Assembly: GCA_001643675.2 (NCBI GenBank)
Contig: LSRY02000039.1
Coordinates: 372,001 to 436,000 of the forward strand
Length of the DNA stretch: 64,000 bases
Reading direction: 5' to 3'
Origin: Monocercomonoides exilis PA203
Lineage: Eukaryota; Protista; Preaxostyla
The notes beneath the pieces are model-generated. The model searched no databases. It had not been told where the DNA came from and saw only the letters and a program-made list of their open reading frames with translations. Positions 24,166 through 36,100 of this stretch are shown here, piece by piece (position 1 is the first letter of the stretch; each line of letters opens with the position of its first letter). Position numbers and translations under genes: made by a program.

Positions 24166-24604
24166 TTTGTTTATCCAATATAGTAAGTGTTTAAAATCGT
24201 GGACACTTTCAATAACTATGGACAGTGGCATAATCTCAACAACCGTTGACAGTTGCTTTTTTACAATTAATCCAATTATTCCCGGAACGAAAACAAACTT
24301 GTTGGACATTCTGAAACGAAACAACTTGCCCTTCAGAATCAAGAAAAAAAATATTATCAAATCTTTGATAAATCCTTAGAATCTGATATCTCCAGTTTTC
24401 TCCGAAAAGAAAAAATAATTTTTATAAAATATCGTTGTATTGGTTTGGTGAAAAAAATCATTCACATGAGTTTGTATTCAATTTGGGAATAATTGGGTAA
24501 AATATTTAAAAGTAACAATCAACGGTTGTTGAGATACTGCCACTGTCCACAGTTATTGAAAGTGTCCACCATAATTAACACTCACTGTTAATAAATGAAA
24601 CAAA
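24166..24604. mobile_element. Foldback / MITE-like element 1: ~135-bp imperfect inverted arms around a ~165-bp spacer
   Basis: 24199-24249 (gtggacactttcaataactatggacagtggcataatctcaacaaccgttga) is the reverse complement of 24519-24569 with about 3 mismatches. Similarity extends inward (ccaattattccc, gaa-acaaact) and outward (agtgtt, ttttgttt). No clear TSD; the mobile origin is inferred. Confidence 0.6.
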
Positions 24605-24620
24605 AAATAATATGAGTTAT

Positions 24621-24847
24621 TCTTTTTGAAAAGTCGCAAATGTTTAATTTTCATATAAATCAAAATTTTCATATTTTTCTCAAATTTCTGTTTCTTCTCA
24701 CGAATCTTCTTCAGAATGAATGAAATGGCATTGTCCAGATATAGATTTCATTTTTAGAGAAATTTGTTATTCGCTCTCAAAAACAAAATAAAAATATGAA
24801 ATTTTTGATTTATTTGAAAAGGAAACATTTGAGACTTTTCAAAAAGA
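24621..24847. repeat. Foldback element 2: ~58-bp inverted arms around a ~110-bp spacer
   Basis: 24621-24678 (tctttttgaaaagtcgcaaatgtttaattttcatataaatcaaaattttcatattttt) pairs with 24790-24847 with about 5 mismatches. Confidence 0.75.
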
Positions 24848-25335
24848 CTTTTCCATATAATAATAAAAAATAATGATAAAATAAAAAAAATTTTTTTGAC
24901 ACTTAGAGCATGGATTTGCTGATATTTCTCTTTCCATTAGCAAAATTGAAAAAAAAATTGATATAAACTTTCAAATATTACATTTTCTTTTGCAAATAAA
25001 ACATTTTCAAATTTTTATCCTCCATCAATGAAACAAGATCTTTTAGAAAGAAAAACATCCAATTCAAAAAAGATTGCTTATGTATTCTAAACTACACACA
25101 TTTATGATTTTTTAAATAAACACATAAAAATTTCTGTTAAACAAAAATAAACTATTGATTTTTCACTTTGCATTTGATTCATTTCATTGACTATACAATT
25201 TTTTTTATTAGTTGAGATTTGCAAACTCAAACAGATCTCATTTCTTCACAAAAAATATGATAAATTCAAAAAATCAAATTTAAAAGAAATAAATAAAAAG
25301 AAAGGAAAATTTTTAAATCAAAAAATTTATATAAA

Positions 25336-28300
25336 TTATAATTCTTTTTTATAATCATTAGTTTTATCATTAACACTAGCATGAACTCCATTAGATGAAA
25401 CATTATAATTATTTCGCATTGAATCGATATCCTTCAAAAGATCACGCGCTTGCAGTTCCATATCAACCCAACCCTATCAATTAATAGAAATAATAAATTA
25501 TGATAACCACAACATAAATATTCAAAAAATAAAATAAAATAATTTTCCAATAACAAAAGACCATAGTCAAATAAAATTCATATTTAAAATCAAAAATTAC
25601 GAATAATCACAAACTGGAATTGTCTTTCGAGCCATTTCTCTTTCGCTTTCCTTTGTTTTTGGGTTGTAGCTAGCAGCAAATGCTGAATGTTGAGACAAAA
25701 GAGTCTTTTCTCTTTCTTTTTGATTTTCGTTTTGATTATCAACTTCTTTCTGATCAATTTCCCTTCCACAAGCATCCTTCATCATTTCCTTCAAGACCTC
25801 CTTTATTTCTCCTCTGGCCCTTTTCAACCTCATCTTTTCTTTTATTCTCTTCTTTTCATCACTTCTATCGCCTTCTGCCTCTCCATCGCTTTGGCACCAG
25901 ACTCCATCGTACAGCCACGCCTTCCCAAACAGCTTTCCCATCGGAACCACCTCCGAAATCATGTTCGGCACCTCTTCGTCGAAGCGATCGACGCTCAACT
26001 TCAGCGTCCCAGCAGACAAGCGCATGAATGTGTGCCTCAGCAGATCCCCAACTGCATTCATCCTGAACATCGTCAGATTGACCACAAACACAGACGAACT
26101 TCTGAACATGTTGCCATCCAAAATGGTATCCCACACTTTTGACTGAAAAAAATCGAAAGGAAACAAACAAGGAAATTTTTATAAAAATGGAAAAAAAAAA
26201 AAAAAGAAAAAGAAAGTTATGAAACATTTGTAGTCATAAGAAATGAACAATCAATGTTAGATAGATTGAAAATAAAATGAAATAAAAAAATATTGAAAAA
26301 AAAAAGACAATGGATAATCAACAAAATACGAATACAGATATCAACACAATCTTCTTCACATCACACCTTCCAGTAAGCATATTGGCTCATTTCCTCGTTA
26401 TCAATATTCTTATACGGAAAAGCATAAGGAACATTCTTCATTTTCACGTTCCACACGCTTTCAATGTCTGTATTAAACACAACACCCGCCTTCACCACAA
26501 TCACCCTTTCCAGCTCAACCGGCAGCGAGGAATCGATTGTCAGCAGACGCCATCCAGACACGAACTCCTGTTTCCGCCGGAACGACGGAAGCAGAGCCGG
26601 CCATGTGGAGTACACAAACGAGACAGAAAAGTGGCTAAAGAGAGAAAGAACACTGGAATTGTCAGAGAAAGACGCAGAAGAATCATTCAGCGTCTGAGTT
26701 GAGTGGAAATCTGTCTGGTTGATGCTGAGTTTTGATAGAGTTGTCAGTGTATTTCTCAATTGCGGGGAAACAAGTGAATCCACCATCCACAAATGAACAT
26801 GAGCCTTTGTATTCTTCAGAATGGATATGAGTGTAATCAAAATCTCTTCTTCGCTTTTTCTGTTTGACGAGACCATGAAAAGATGTATTGTAGACGACCT
26901 TTCTGAAAGAACAGAAGCACATTCACCATAAATCATGGGTAGATGATTCGAAGCTGCTAATGCACTGGCAGACGGCTGATCAGAAGTGTCAGTCTGCTCT
27001 TTGCTTCCAAACAGTCTGCTTATGAAGCTTCCTTTCCCTTTCTTCTTCGAGTTATCTTCTTCCTCTTTCAAATTCTTCAGAATCCGCTGCTCTTTTTCCT
27101 TTATCAAAGCAAAATATGACTTTTCTTTGTCTCCATATGCAGCTGATGTTCTGGCATAAATACGTATTCCGTTCCATCCACTTACAAACACACTCAAACA
27201 TTCAGAAAACCGATCTTCTTTCACAACATATGATCCATCACTTTGCGTCCCTTTATCCACACCAGAAGTTTTTGTGGCTTCATCTCCTTTCCCTTCTTTC
27301 ACTCCAACCTTCTCCACATGCTTTATATGCATTAATTTAGCTTCTCCACTACTTCTTTGTTTCCCCTCAACGTATATTGAAGAAAGCTCACTTACACCTC
27401 TTAGCTGTGTTGTCGTGGCATCGATAAAGGACAAAGAAAGAGGATTCTTCAGAGCAGGCGATATTGTCAGCATTCGAAGACCCGGCTTTGAGCAAGGGAA
27501 GGAGAAAAAGCCACTCGAATGGAAAACAACGCTTGATGATGAGGAATCAATAGAAGGATAGTAAAGAGGAAAAGATGGAGAAGATAAGTTATCCTCACTG
27601 GATGTGATTGTACTTAGCTTTGCGGAAGAAGAAGAAGAAGAAGATGCAGAAACAGTTGAAGAATAATCAAAAGTTGTAGCAGAAGGAGACAGCAAACTCA
27701 ATGGCAAACCGCCAGGCGAGGTTTCTGTCACATCCATGAGACATCCGACAACAAGGAAAGAATTCAGATTGAAGCGAACATCAACAGAAGAATGAGAACA
27801 AGAGCAAGAAGAGGAAGAGGAAGATGGAGATGAAGAGGAAGAAGTTATTGGAAACTTTATGCAAGATACATCAGTCGTTGCATTTGCACACAAAACTTCC
27901 CATGTGGAAGGAAAGCTGTGGAACAATGAGAATGGAACAGATGACGGCAAAAGATCAAATATTGCTCCATTTCCCCTGTTGTAAAGAGACGAATGAACGC
28001 ATACGCAAGCATCATCTAAATTCATATTCTTCTTTGCTTTCTCTTTTTCATCATTTCCCTCAGTCTGCTTGTCTTCACTTCCACTTTCCATCGCAGTGAT
28101 GAGCTTCCCTTCCTTTGAGAACACTGGGGCCATTGGGAGCACAAAGGAGAAGAGGTCAGCATCAGGAACAGAGTGAGACAGATGGACAGGTGGCATCACA
28201 AGAGCATGTGCACTTAAGAAAGAGAGAGAGGGAGAAGCAGAAGAATCATTTGAAGAAGAAGAAGATGCTGATGGTGGTGATGACAGGAATGAGCGAAGGA

Positions 28301-31300
28301 AGAGAAGATGAGATGTTAAGCACAGCTGGTCAGGACTGAACGGGTTGATGTTTGTGGAAAGATGAAGCAGAGAAGAAGATGAGACATGGCTCTTCTTTTG
28401 CTCTTCCTCACTCTTCTTTGAAGTCTGCATCAAATCAACACAAATTCTGGAAGTGAACGAAGTAACACGATTTGAATTGAGTGAAGGATCTTCAGAGATG
28501 CTTGACAGAACCTCCTGTTCCATCGAAGAAGAGCGGGGGAAGCGGAAGCAGTGCATCGACTGCACAAGCGACACAAGAGAGGAAAAAGAGACAGAAGAAA
28601 AAGAAGAAGAAGGAATTATTTCATTGATATCCTTTATTTTGAGTCCATTCACTTCTCCTTCTTTGCATTCATTCAGGATTCTTCCAATAACCTTCTTTCC
28701 TCCGCTTCCAACATCCATCTTCTCGTTTCTGAGGCTGTGAAGCTCTATCCACAGCGGAATCCATCGCTTCACAAGCTCAAACCCTTCAATTGCTCTGATC
28801 TCCTCTACAAAATACTTGCACGATTCTTCAAAGTTTGTCTTGTTTAAAGCAATCGGCCCATTCAAAAAGAAGAGTGAAGCCGATGAAGACGACTCACACT
28901 CAGCTAATCCTTCATTTCCAGTCTCAACTGGAACACTCATGTCGCTCTTCTTCAGCTCTCCAAACACAAACTCAGGTGAAGTCTCTCTGTACTCTGCGTC
29001 TGCCTGCTGAATGGCAATCTGCAATGAGGCTGTTTTTGGCGATAAAAGTGGACGAATTATGCCATCTGTTATCAAAAACGGACAAGGAATGGACAATGAT
29101 GGAGAGGTGGCTCCACCTGATACAAGTTTAAGTGGTTTGTTTAGCTCAAGTTTCTTGATGAGATAGTTATGAAGCTTTAAAGTGCTGAGTAAAGAAGAAG
29201 CATTTGACGAAGAGGAAGAGGAAGACAAGACTGAAACAATAGCATTGCTCAACTGTTCCATCCATTTTGTATTGTTCACAATATCTTCAAAGGCATCCTT
29301 ATTCATTTCCATCCAATGTGTGGTGGCTGCTGCAAAATTGTCCGTTTTTTTGAACAGCATATGGTCAATCGTATGAAGCAAAAATGACTGCTGCAATTTT
29401 GAAGGAACCAAAGGAAGACACGTGACATAAATACTTGGAAGAAAGATGGGAGATGAAGGTGAAATCGAAGATAACTTTGATGAAACATCGCTTTCTGCTT
29501 TGAAAGAGCTGGCAGTGTCAAATATAAACCCGGTTCTTGACAAGCCAGATGTCAGCCCTTTAACAAATCCATACGCACGAATCAAGTGCTGAACGTTTTG
29601 TGGATTCAAAACAAGAACATGGGTCAAAGGATGATGAGAACTTAACATCACATCCTCCACAGTTTCTGTTTCTTTGCGTTCATTTTTGACTTTTCGAAGA
29701 GCTTCCATGTTCATCCCGAAAATCCTTGGTATATTGCGAGAGCCTGGTGTTGGACGTGTTGGAGGTGAAATAAAGAGGGTAGAGGACTGAAGCAGAGATA
29801 GAGAATGAACAGAGCAGAAATGGCAGATTGTGTGCGTGGATGAAGGAGAAGAGTAAAAGAATGATGTAACATGCGAAGTCTGATCAGACAATTCAGGCAA
29901 AGAAGAATACTTTGCATTTTCAGACGCTTCAACATTTTCATTTGAAGAACTTTTCAAATCGCTCTCCTTCTGTTCAGCATTTGATCCATCTCTTTTCTGA
30001 ATCAAAGACTGCTCAAAGAGATGCGGAAACAACACTTTGTCCACTTTGCTGTCGATGTCCTCAGGAACATGAGCAGACACCACATTCGGCACAAACTTGT
30101 CCAATGTTACAAACGAGTGTGAGATCAGCCCTTTCATCATCTTTATCGTGTCATTGAAGAATATGCTGCTTGGATCGATCCTTCTCACCAGCCTGCCCAG
30201 CTCCTTCTCCCGCTCCATCCTCTCTCGAGGCGTCTCATTCGCGTACTCTCCGCTCTTCTCCTTCTCTTTGTCCGCTTCGATCTCTGCCTTTGTCAACTCC
30301 TGCACCGCATTCAGCACACCGAGTTCGCGGCAGCGAGTGACCCACTTGTTTGTCGATGTCACTTTCCACAGCGTTTCCACAACTCCATTCGCGCGCAGCT
30401 GTTCGGGCAGACGGGCCAGCTTGTTCTTCTGCACAGGCAGAAAGTTCGTGCTGATGAGAAAGCGGAGGAGAGAGATTTCAGACGGATAGAGCGCATTGAT
30501 CGTGTGCAGCACATCATCTGGAGGGCAGATGATGCCGTTGAATGAGATACAGGGCAGAGGAAGCTGCGTCTGCGCCATTTGCATCCGGATTGTCTGCAGC
30601 ATCTTCTCCACTCTCCTATCCCCGCCATCAACAACCACTTTCTTCCATTCGCTTTCAGTCATCGACGGATACGGCTGCTGTGTGACAATCTTCCGAATAC
30701 GCTCTGCAGTCACTCCGATGAACTCCTTCTCTCTTTCTGTCTCTTCCTCACTCAGTGTCTTTCTGTCCTTCACAGACCATGGAGTCTCCATCCTGTTGGC
30801 ACGGTGTTCCTCTTCGTCAGAAGCAGCAAATTCTTTCAGACTCTGATGGATCACTTTCGCAGCATCAAAGGAGCTGTACTTGTGGATGTGCCAGATCCAC
30901 CACCGAGCAAGCTGAAGAGATTGTTGGGAGGCAGAAAAGGAAGGTGCCGCAGATGCAGCAGACGATGAAGAAGGAGGCTGAGACATCCACTGAGACACAA
31001 CAGGAACAACGCCAAATCGGATAGGCACACCTTGTGTGATCAAGTCCAGCATTGCCACAATTCCTGTTTGTGCTTCGAGTCTCGCCAGATCAAAGAACCC
31101 TACACAGATAAGCATGTTGTGCTTCACTGGAGGAAGCCCATCGTCTTTCTGGTACAAAATGGCTGTGGGATCTGCTGTCCAGTTCTTGTAGCGCACGTCG
31201 TCTTCGATGCTGTTCAGATAGAACTGTACAGTCGGCGGGCGGACAGCTACACGGAAAGCAGAAAGATAAAACGATGTGTATCCCAATGAAAACGTGTCAG

Positions 31301-33092
31301 CAACACCAGAAGATGATGCAGAAAACACAGCACCAGCAGAAGAAGACGAGGTTGATCCACCGACACTCCCAGAGTTGTCCTCGCCTCCTCCTGCGTTGCC
31401 AGCTGAGGCTGAAATGAGAAGCGGTTGCAGCTGATGACAGCGCGTGACGTGCTGTAGAAGACCACTTTCTTTGCCAACGCCAGCCATTCCGAGCGATGCC
31501 AATGCCAAAGAATGCTCAGTTTCCTGTGTTGCAGCGTTGAGAAGCGACCAGACTGAGCAGAGTGGAAAGATCGACCGGCCGTTGATATCCAACAATGGCG
31601 ATGCAGAACCTCCATCGCTGCCAAACAGCCGCGATGCTTTCACCATTGAGTTTATCAGCTTTTTGTTCTCATTGGCATAGCGCTTGCTGATGGTGTGCTT
31701 GACGTAATGGTGAGAGGTACTGTTCCCCAACGGAGCATCAGAATCTACACCTGCTTCATCTCCTTCGTCTTCACTGTCACTGTTTCCATTTTGTGCGTTT
31801 TCTTTTTCTTTTTCTTTCTCTTCTTCTTCGTTCTCTTTGAGCACATCTGTTCTCAGTTCTGTGCAGTATTCTCTCATCTTCGCACCCACATTCTCCATCA
31901 CATCGAGCATTTCTCTGAGCGGATCTTCGCTTTGCAAAATCGAATCAGCAGCAACGGCTCCAGAAAATCGCAGCTGAAACGGATGAAACGAGTGTGCCAT
32001 CGATAAACGCGAAAGTGCAAGTGACAATTGAAACAATGGAGAATGAGAAGAAATACAAGATAATTGTGAATCGGGTTTGGAAGAAGCTTTGCAAGCAAGC
32101 TGCGGATGCTTTTTTGCCATTGCTGAAATATCAATACCTAACATAGGATGAAATCGATCAAGTGGTATTTGCTTTTCTTCCTCTTTCACTTCTTCAACGG
32201 TTGAAGCGAATGATAAATCATCATCATCAAACATTTCAACAATTTCTGTGTCTGCCTTTTGTGCAGGTACAAGCAGACGCGTTCGAGCTTTTTTTTGAAC
32301 TTTCAATTCCACAGAATAATCAATAACTTTGTGTTTTTGAGTTGAATTCTGCATGTCTTTAGCGATATTCGAAGATCTTTGATGACGAACTACCAGCAAA
32401 AATCGATAATCATTATTTGACTTTTGTGCTTCAGTTAACTGGTTTATCCATTCATATGTAATTGGTTCATCAAGAGAAGCATATAGCATTACAACTGGTA
32501 AATATTTATTTGAAGATAAATAAGGAGGTAAAATGTGATCTCCTTGCAACAATTGTGAAAGAAGATCAGTTTTTGGTGATGGTGCACGATTTCCTTGTTT
32601 CCAACTTTCGCTTTTAATCGCGCTTAATGCAGATTGCAAAGTAATGAAATATTTTGCATTCTGAAATTGTTCCTGTTGGAAAATAACAACAAAAGGCGAC
32701 GGAAAATTTGATGATGATTCATTGTTCTCTAAGAAGCTAAGCATATCATGTGCAATTGTGTTATAACCTTCAACCAAAGGTGCATTTGCATGAACAGTTA
32801 AAGATGCATTTAACAATTGAGATATTGACGGTAAATTTAATTTATTTTCCACAAATTCAACGGACAATTCAAATTGTTGCCTTTCTGTTTTTTCATAAAG
32901 TCGTTCTTTTTTGATGTATTCGATAAATCGAGGAAAGTATTCTGGGCTCAGCTGGGCAATAAACTCGCTAGCTTCGGCTAATAACGAGACTTTACCAAAA
33001 GGCGCTTCAGTGTCTATTTGAACCTTGTTATAACCGTCAAATTTAAGGCCATTAAAAGCAGGCAACAAAAATAACACAAAAGAAAAAAACAT
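25336..33092 (-). CDS. UGGT: UDP-glucose:glycoprotein glucosyltransferase (UGGT/Kre5 family) homologue, ~2463 aa, catalytic motifs degenerate; exons 33092-26367, 26142-25615, 25473-25336
   Basis: Signal peptide; N-terminal motifs LLAEASEF, YLNSIEDDVRYKNW and GVPIRFGVV; GT24-like C-terminus (ISILKNTK..VHLW, TWPALL, VPYAFP, YAYWK-SKVW, VFVVNLTMFR..GDLLR, W..D..WC, NPKTKE..ARKTIP-GW); ends in KKEL* (KDEL-like). GT-AG introns 26366-26143 and 25614-25474 are in frame. Confidence 0.85.
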
Positions 33093-33132
33093 CAAAGTTC
33101 AATTATGCTTTAGATCTAACTATCAATTCTAA
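33093..33132. promoter_or_regulatory. 40-bp spacer between divergent start codons (putative bidirectional promoter/5'UTRs)
   Basis: UGGT ATG is at 33092 (-) and the BEACH exon-1 ATG at 33133 (+). The spacer has a near-central perfect palindrome TTAGATCTAA (33110-33119) flanked by two TCAATT motifs. Confidence 0.55.
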
Positions 33133-36100
33133 ATGGCGCAAAGACCGCCAATTAGAAATGCTCAGCCATCCGAACCATTGAAAAAATCAGCAAAATCAAG
33201 CCAAGAATATAGGTTTGTTAGATATTTTATTTTTCTTTGTTTTGACAAATGTTGTGCATATTTATGTGTTTAATGATTTTTGCTTTTTTTGCTTGACGAC
33301 AATTGCTGCAACATGACGAACCCAATTGCCTTCAAAGGCTTATTCGTCAAGCAACAAGCTTAAGAGAAAAATGGGATAAATATCTCAAGATACAGGCAAA
33401 TGAAACAAATGAGACAATACTTGATGAAATAATCGTTGCATTTGCTCACAATTTTACAGCAGCAAACAAATCTATGGTTGAATTTGCTTTTCCTGGCGTA
33501 TCTATGTTTTGTGCATGTGCATCACAAAGGTTTGAAAATCTCATATTTTTTTTTGTTTGCAAAATATTTTTATTTTTGAACAGATTCATTGAATTATCAC
33601 AGAAGCATTTATTCATTGGAGAAAATGCAAAGAAATCTGTGCTTATTGATATATATGGAGATGAATTATTCTCCTATTATTTGAATGTTTTGCTTTGCTT
33701 GACATGTGATTGTGGATTTATTCCTCAGATGAACAAAACTCACTTAGCTTCTGTATTTGTTCTTCTTTTTCATCGAATAGTTGTAAATTTGGATATGTCT
33801 TATGGTTTGATTATTTCTTTATTGACTCTTTTTTTTTCATCGCTCTTATTCTCAATTTTTAAAGACATTCTTTCTGCCTCACTGACATCACTCATCACTC
33901 ACATTGAGAGGATGATGAAAAGCTTGCTCTCTCACCCAATGGCTCTGCGGTCTCTGATAGTGACAGACACATTTTCTGTTCTCTTTGACGTTGGACAGCG
34001 GCTCAAAACGAGCATTCAACGCTGTCAAACAGGCATGCCAAACATGGAGACATATAATGATACTCCTTCTTGGCTTGTTCATCCTCTTTCGACGCGAATT
34101 GTGGATGCGTGGTTCTCTATCTGCGAGGCGGTTATCTCAGCAATCTCACTTGAAAGCGACATTCTGGTGGATGAGACAGACCTGGTGGACGGAGAGAACA
34201 AGGGGAATGTGGAAGTCTTTGTGCAGAACGAAGAATTCAGTGGAAAACGCAAAGAAAATGAAAGAGGGGAAAATAAAGATGTTGAAAAACATGTACAGAA
34301 AGAAAAGGAAAAAGAAAAAGACATAGAAAGATCGATGGAAGAGAAGAAAGAAAAAGAAGAATTGGATTTATCTGAGCAAAAGAATGAGGAAGGTGCTTCA
34401 CAAGGAGAAGATTCAATAGAAAATTCATCAAAAAGTGAAAAGGAGGAAGCTTCTTTAAAAGACGAAGTGAATGAAGTGAAAACTGAGGAGAACGAAAAAG
34501 AGAATGACGAAAAGAATAAAGAGAGACAAAAAGAAGAAATGCTTTGGGAGATGCTGTTGAAGATACAATTGGACAATGAGCCGCAGATGCAACAAAATCA
34601 ACCACAAACATCAACTTCTTCTTCTTCTTCTTCTGGTTCTTCTCCTTCTCAATCCAAACCACCACCTCCTCCCTCTCGTCCTCCTCCACCCCCTTCACGT
34701 CCACCGCCTCGCCCTCCTTCTTCCTCTTCTTCTTCCCCCTTTTCATCATCATCATCATCTTCTTCTTCTTCTCTGTCAGAAACAACCTCTTCTCCATCAG
34801 ACGATCACTCATCGAATGATGCCGGTGACATACTCCCCTTTTCGTCTGCCCCATTCGTCACCATCGTCCCTTCGCAGGTGAATCGCCAATCTTCTCTTTC
34901 TTCTTCTGCTTCTGTGTTTTTGTCTGCTTCTGCTTCTTCTTCATCTTCCTCTTCATCTTCTGCTTCTTCTCTTTCATCATCATCATCTTCTTCTTCTTCT
35001 TCCTCTTCTTCTTCTTCTTCTCAATCTTCCCCTGCACAATCTTCTTCTCCTCTGATGTTCGCCATCACCATTCCTCTTCCGCTTTCCTGGCATTCGCTTT
35101 CTCTTCTCAACAAACACGACATTTTGCACTTGCTTTTGTCGCTTCAGGCTTTGTTCTTCTTTTGGCACAGGTTTCTGCTGGAGAGAGAGAAAAAGGAGAC
35201 AGAAGACGAATGGAAGAAGAAAGAAGAAGAGGACAAGGCAGAAGAGGAGGAGAGGAGGAAGCTGAGGGAAGCTGAAATAAACGAGTGGAGAAGAGAAAGA
35301 GACGAAATCGCGAAAAGTTGGAAGGAAACGAAAAAAGATGAAACAAAAGAAGAAAAAGAAGAAGAAGAGAAAGTTGATTTAACTGCAAGTTTATCTTCTT
35401 CTTCTTCTTCCTTTTCCTCTTCAACTTCCCTTTCCTCTTCTTCCAAACAATCACTTTGCCAATCATCATCTCCTTTGATTTTCAGCTTTTCTTCGTCTGT
35501 TCTGTCTCTTGTTGTGCGCATATGGAACCTCATTCTGCTGCTCTGCCAGACTTCTACCTCATTCGCTCAAGCTGATTCTGAACATAATCCGTCTTCAAAG
35601 AGAAAATCATCATCATCGTCTCCTTCTTCTTCTTCCTCCTTTTCTTCCTCTCCTTTATCTTCTTCTTCCTCTTCTTCCTCTTCCTCTGATGATGATGATG
35701 ATGAGCTTTCTTCACTTGACCTGAACACCTCAACTCCAGATGAAATAACACTTCCCTCGCTGACTCCGCTTTCTGCTGCCATTTTATCGCTTGTGTGGAT
35801 AGACAACAACACAACGCTTATTCACTCGCTGTGCAATTGGCTGGCTGACAAGGAGCTGGAAAGAGAAGAGAAGAGGAGAGGGAGGAGAGGAAGAAAGGGA
35901 AGAGGAAGAGGAAGAGAAAGTGGAAGAGAAAGTGGAGAAGAGAAGGAGGAGAAGGAGGAGAAGGAGGAGAAAGAAGAGAAGGAGGAGAAGGAGGAGAAAG
36001 AAGAGAAAGGAGAAGAAGATTTGATTGATGAGGAGAATAAGAAAGTGCTGGATGAGCTTATTTTGGAGAGTGTAAGTGAAAGCGAAGAAGAAGAAGAAGA

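Noticed and set aside
24121-24379. Short ORFs within the foldback element as a possible transposase remnant
   Set aside because: They are under 80 aa, have no DDE or DNA-binding motif, and are AT-rich like non-coding DNA.
33303-33337. ORF-track start of the 9161-aa protein (TTG)
   Set aside because: It is a non-ATG start inside an inferred intron. An upstream ATG exon at 33133-33212 splices in frame.
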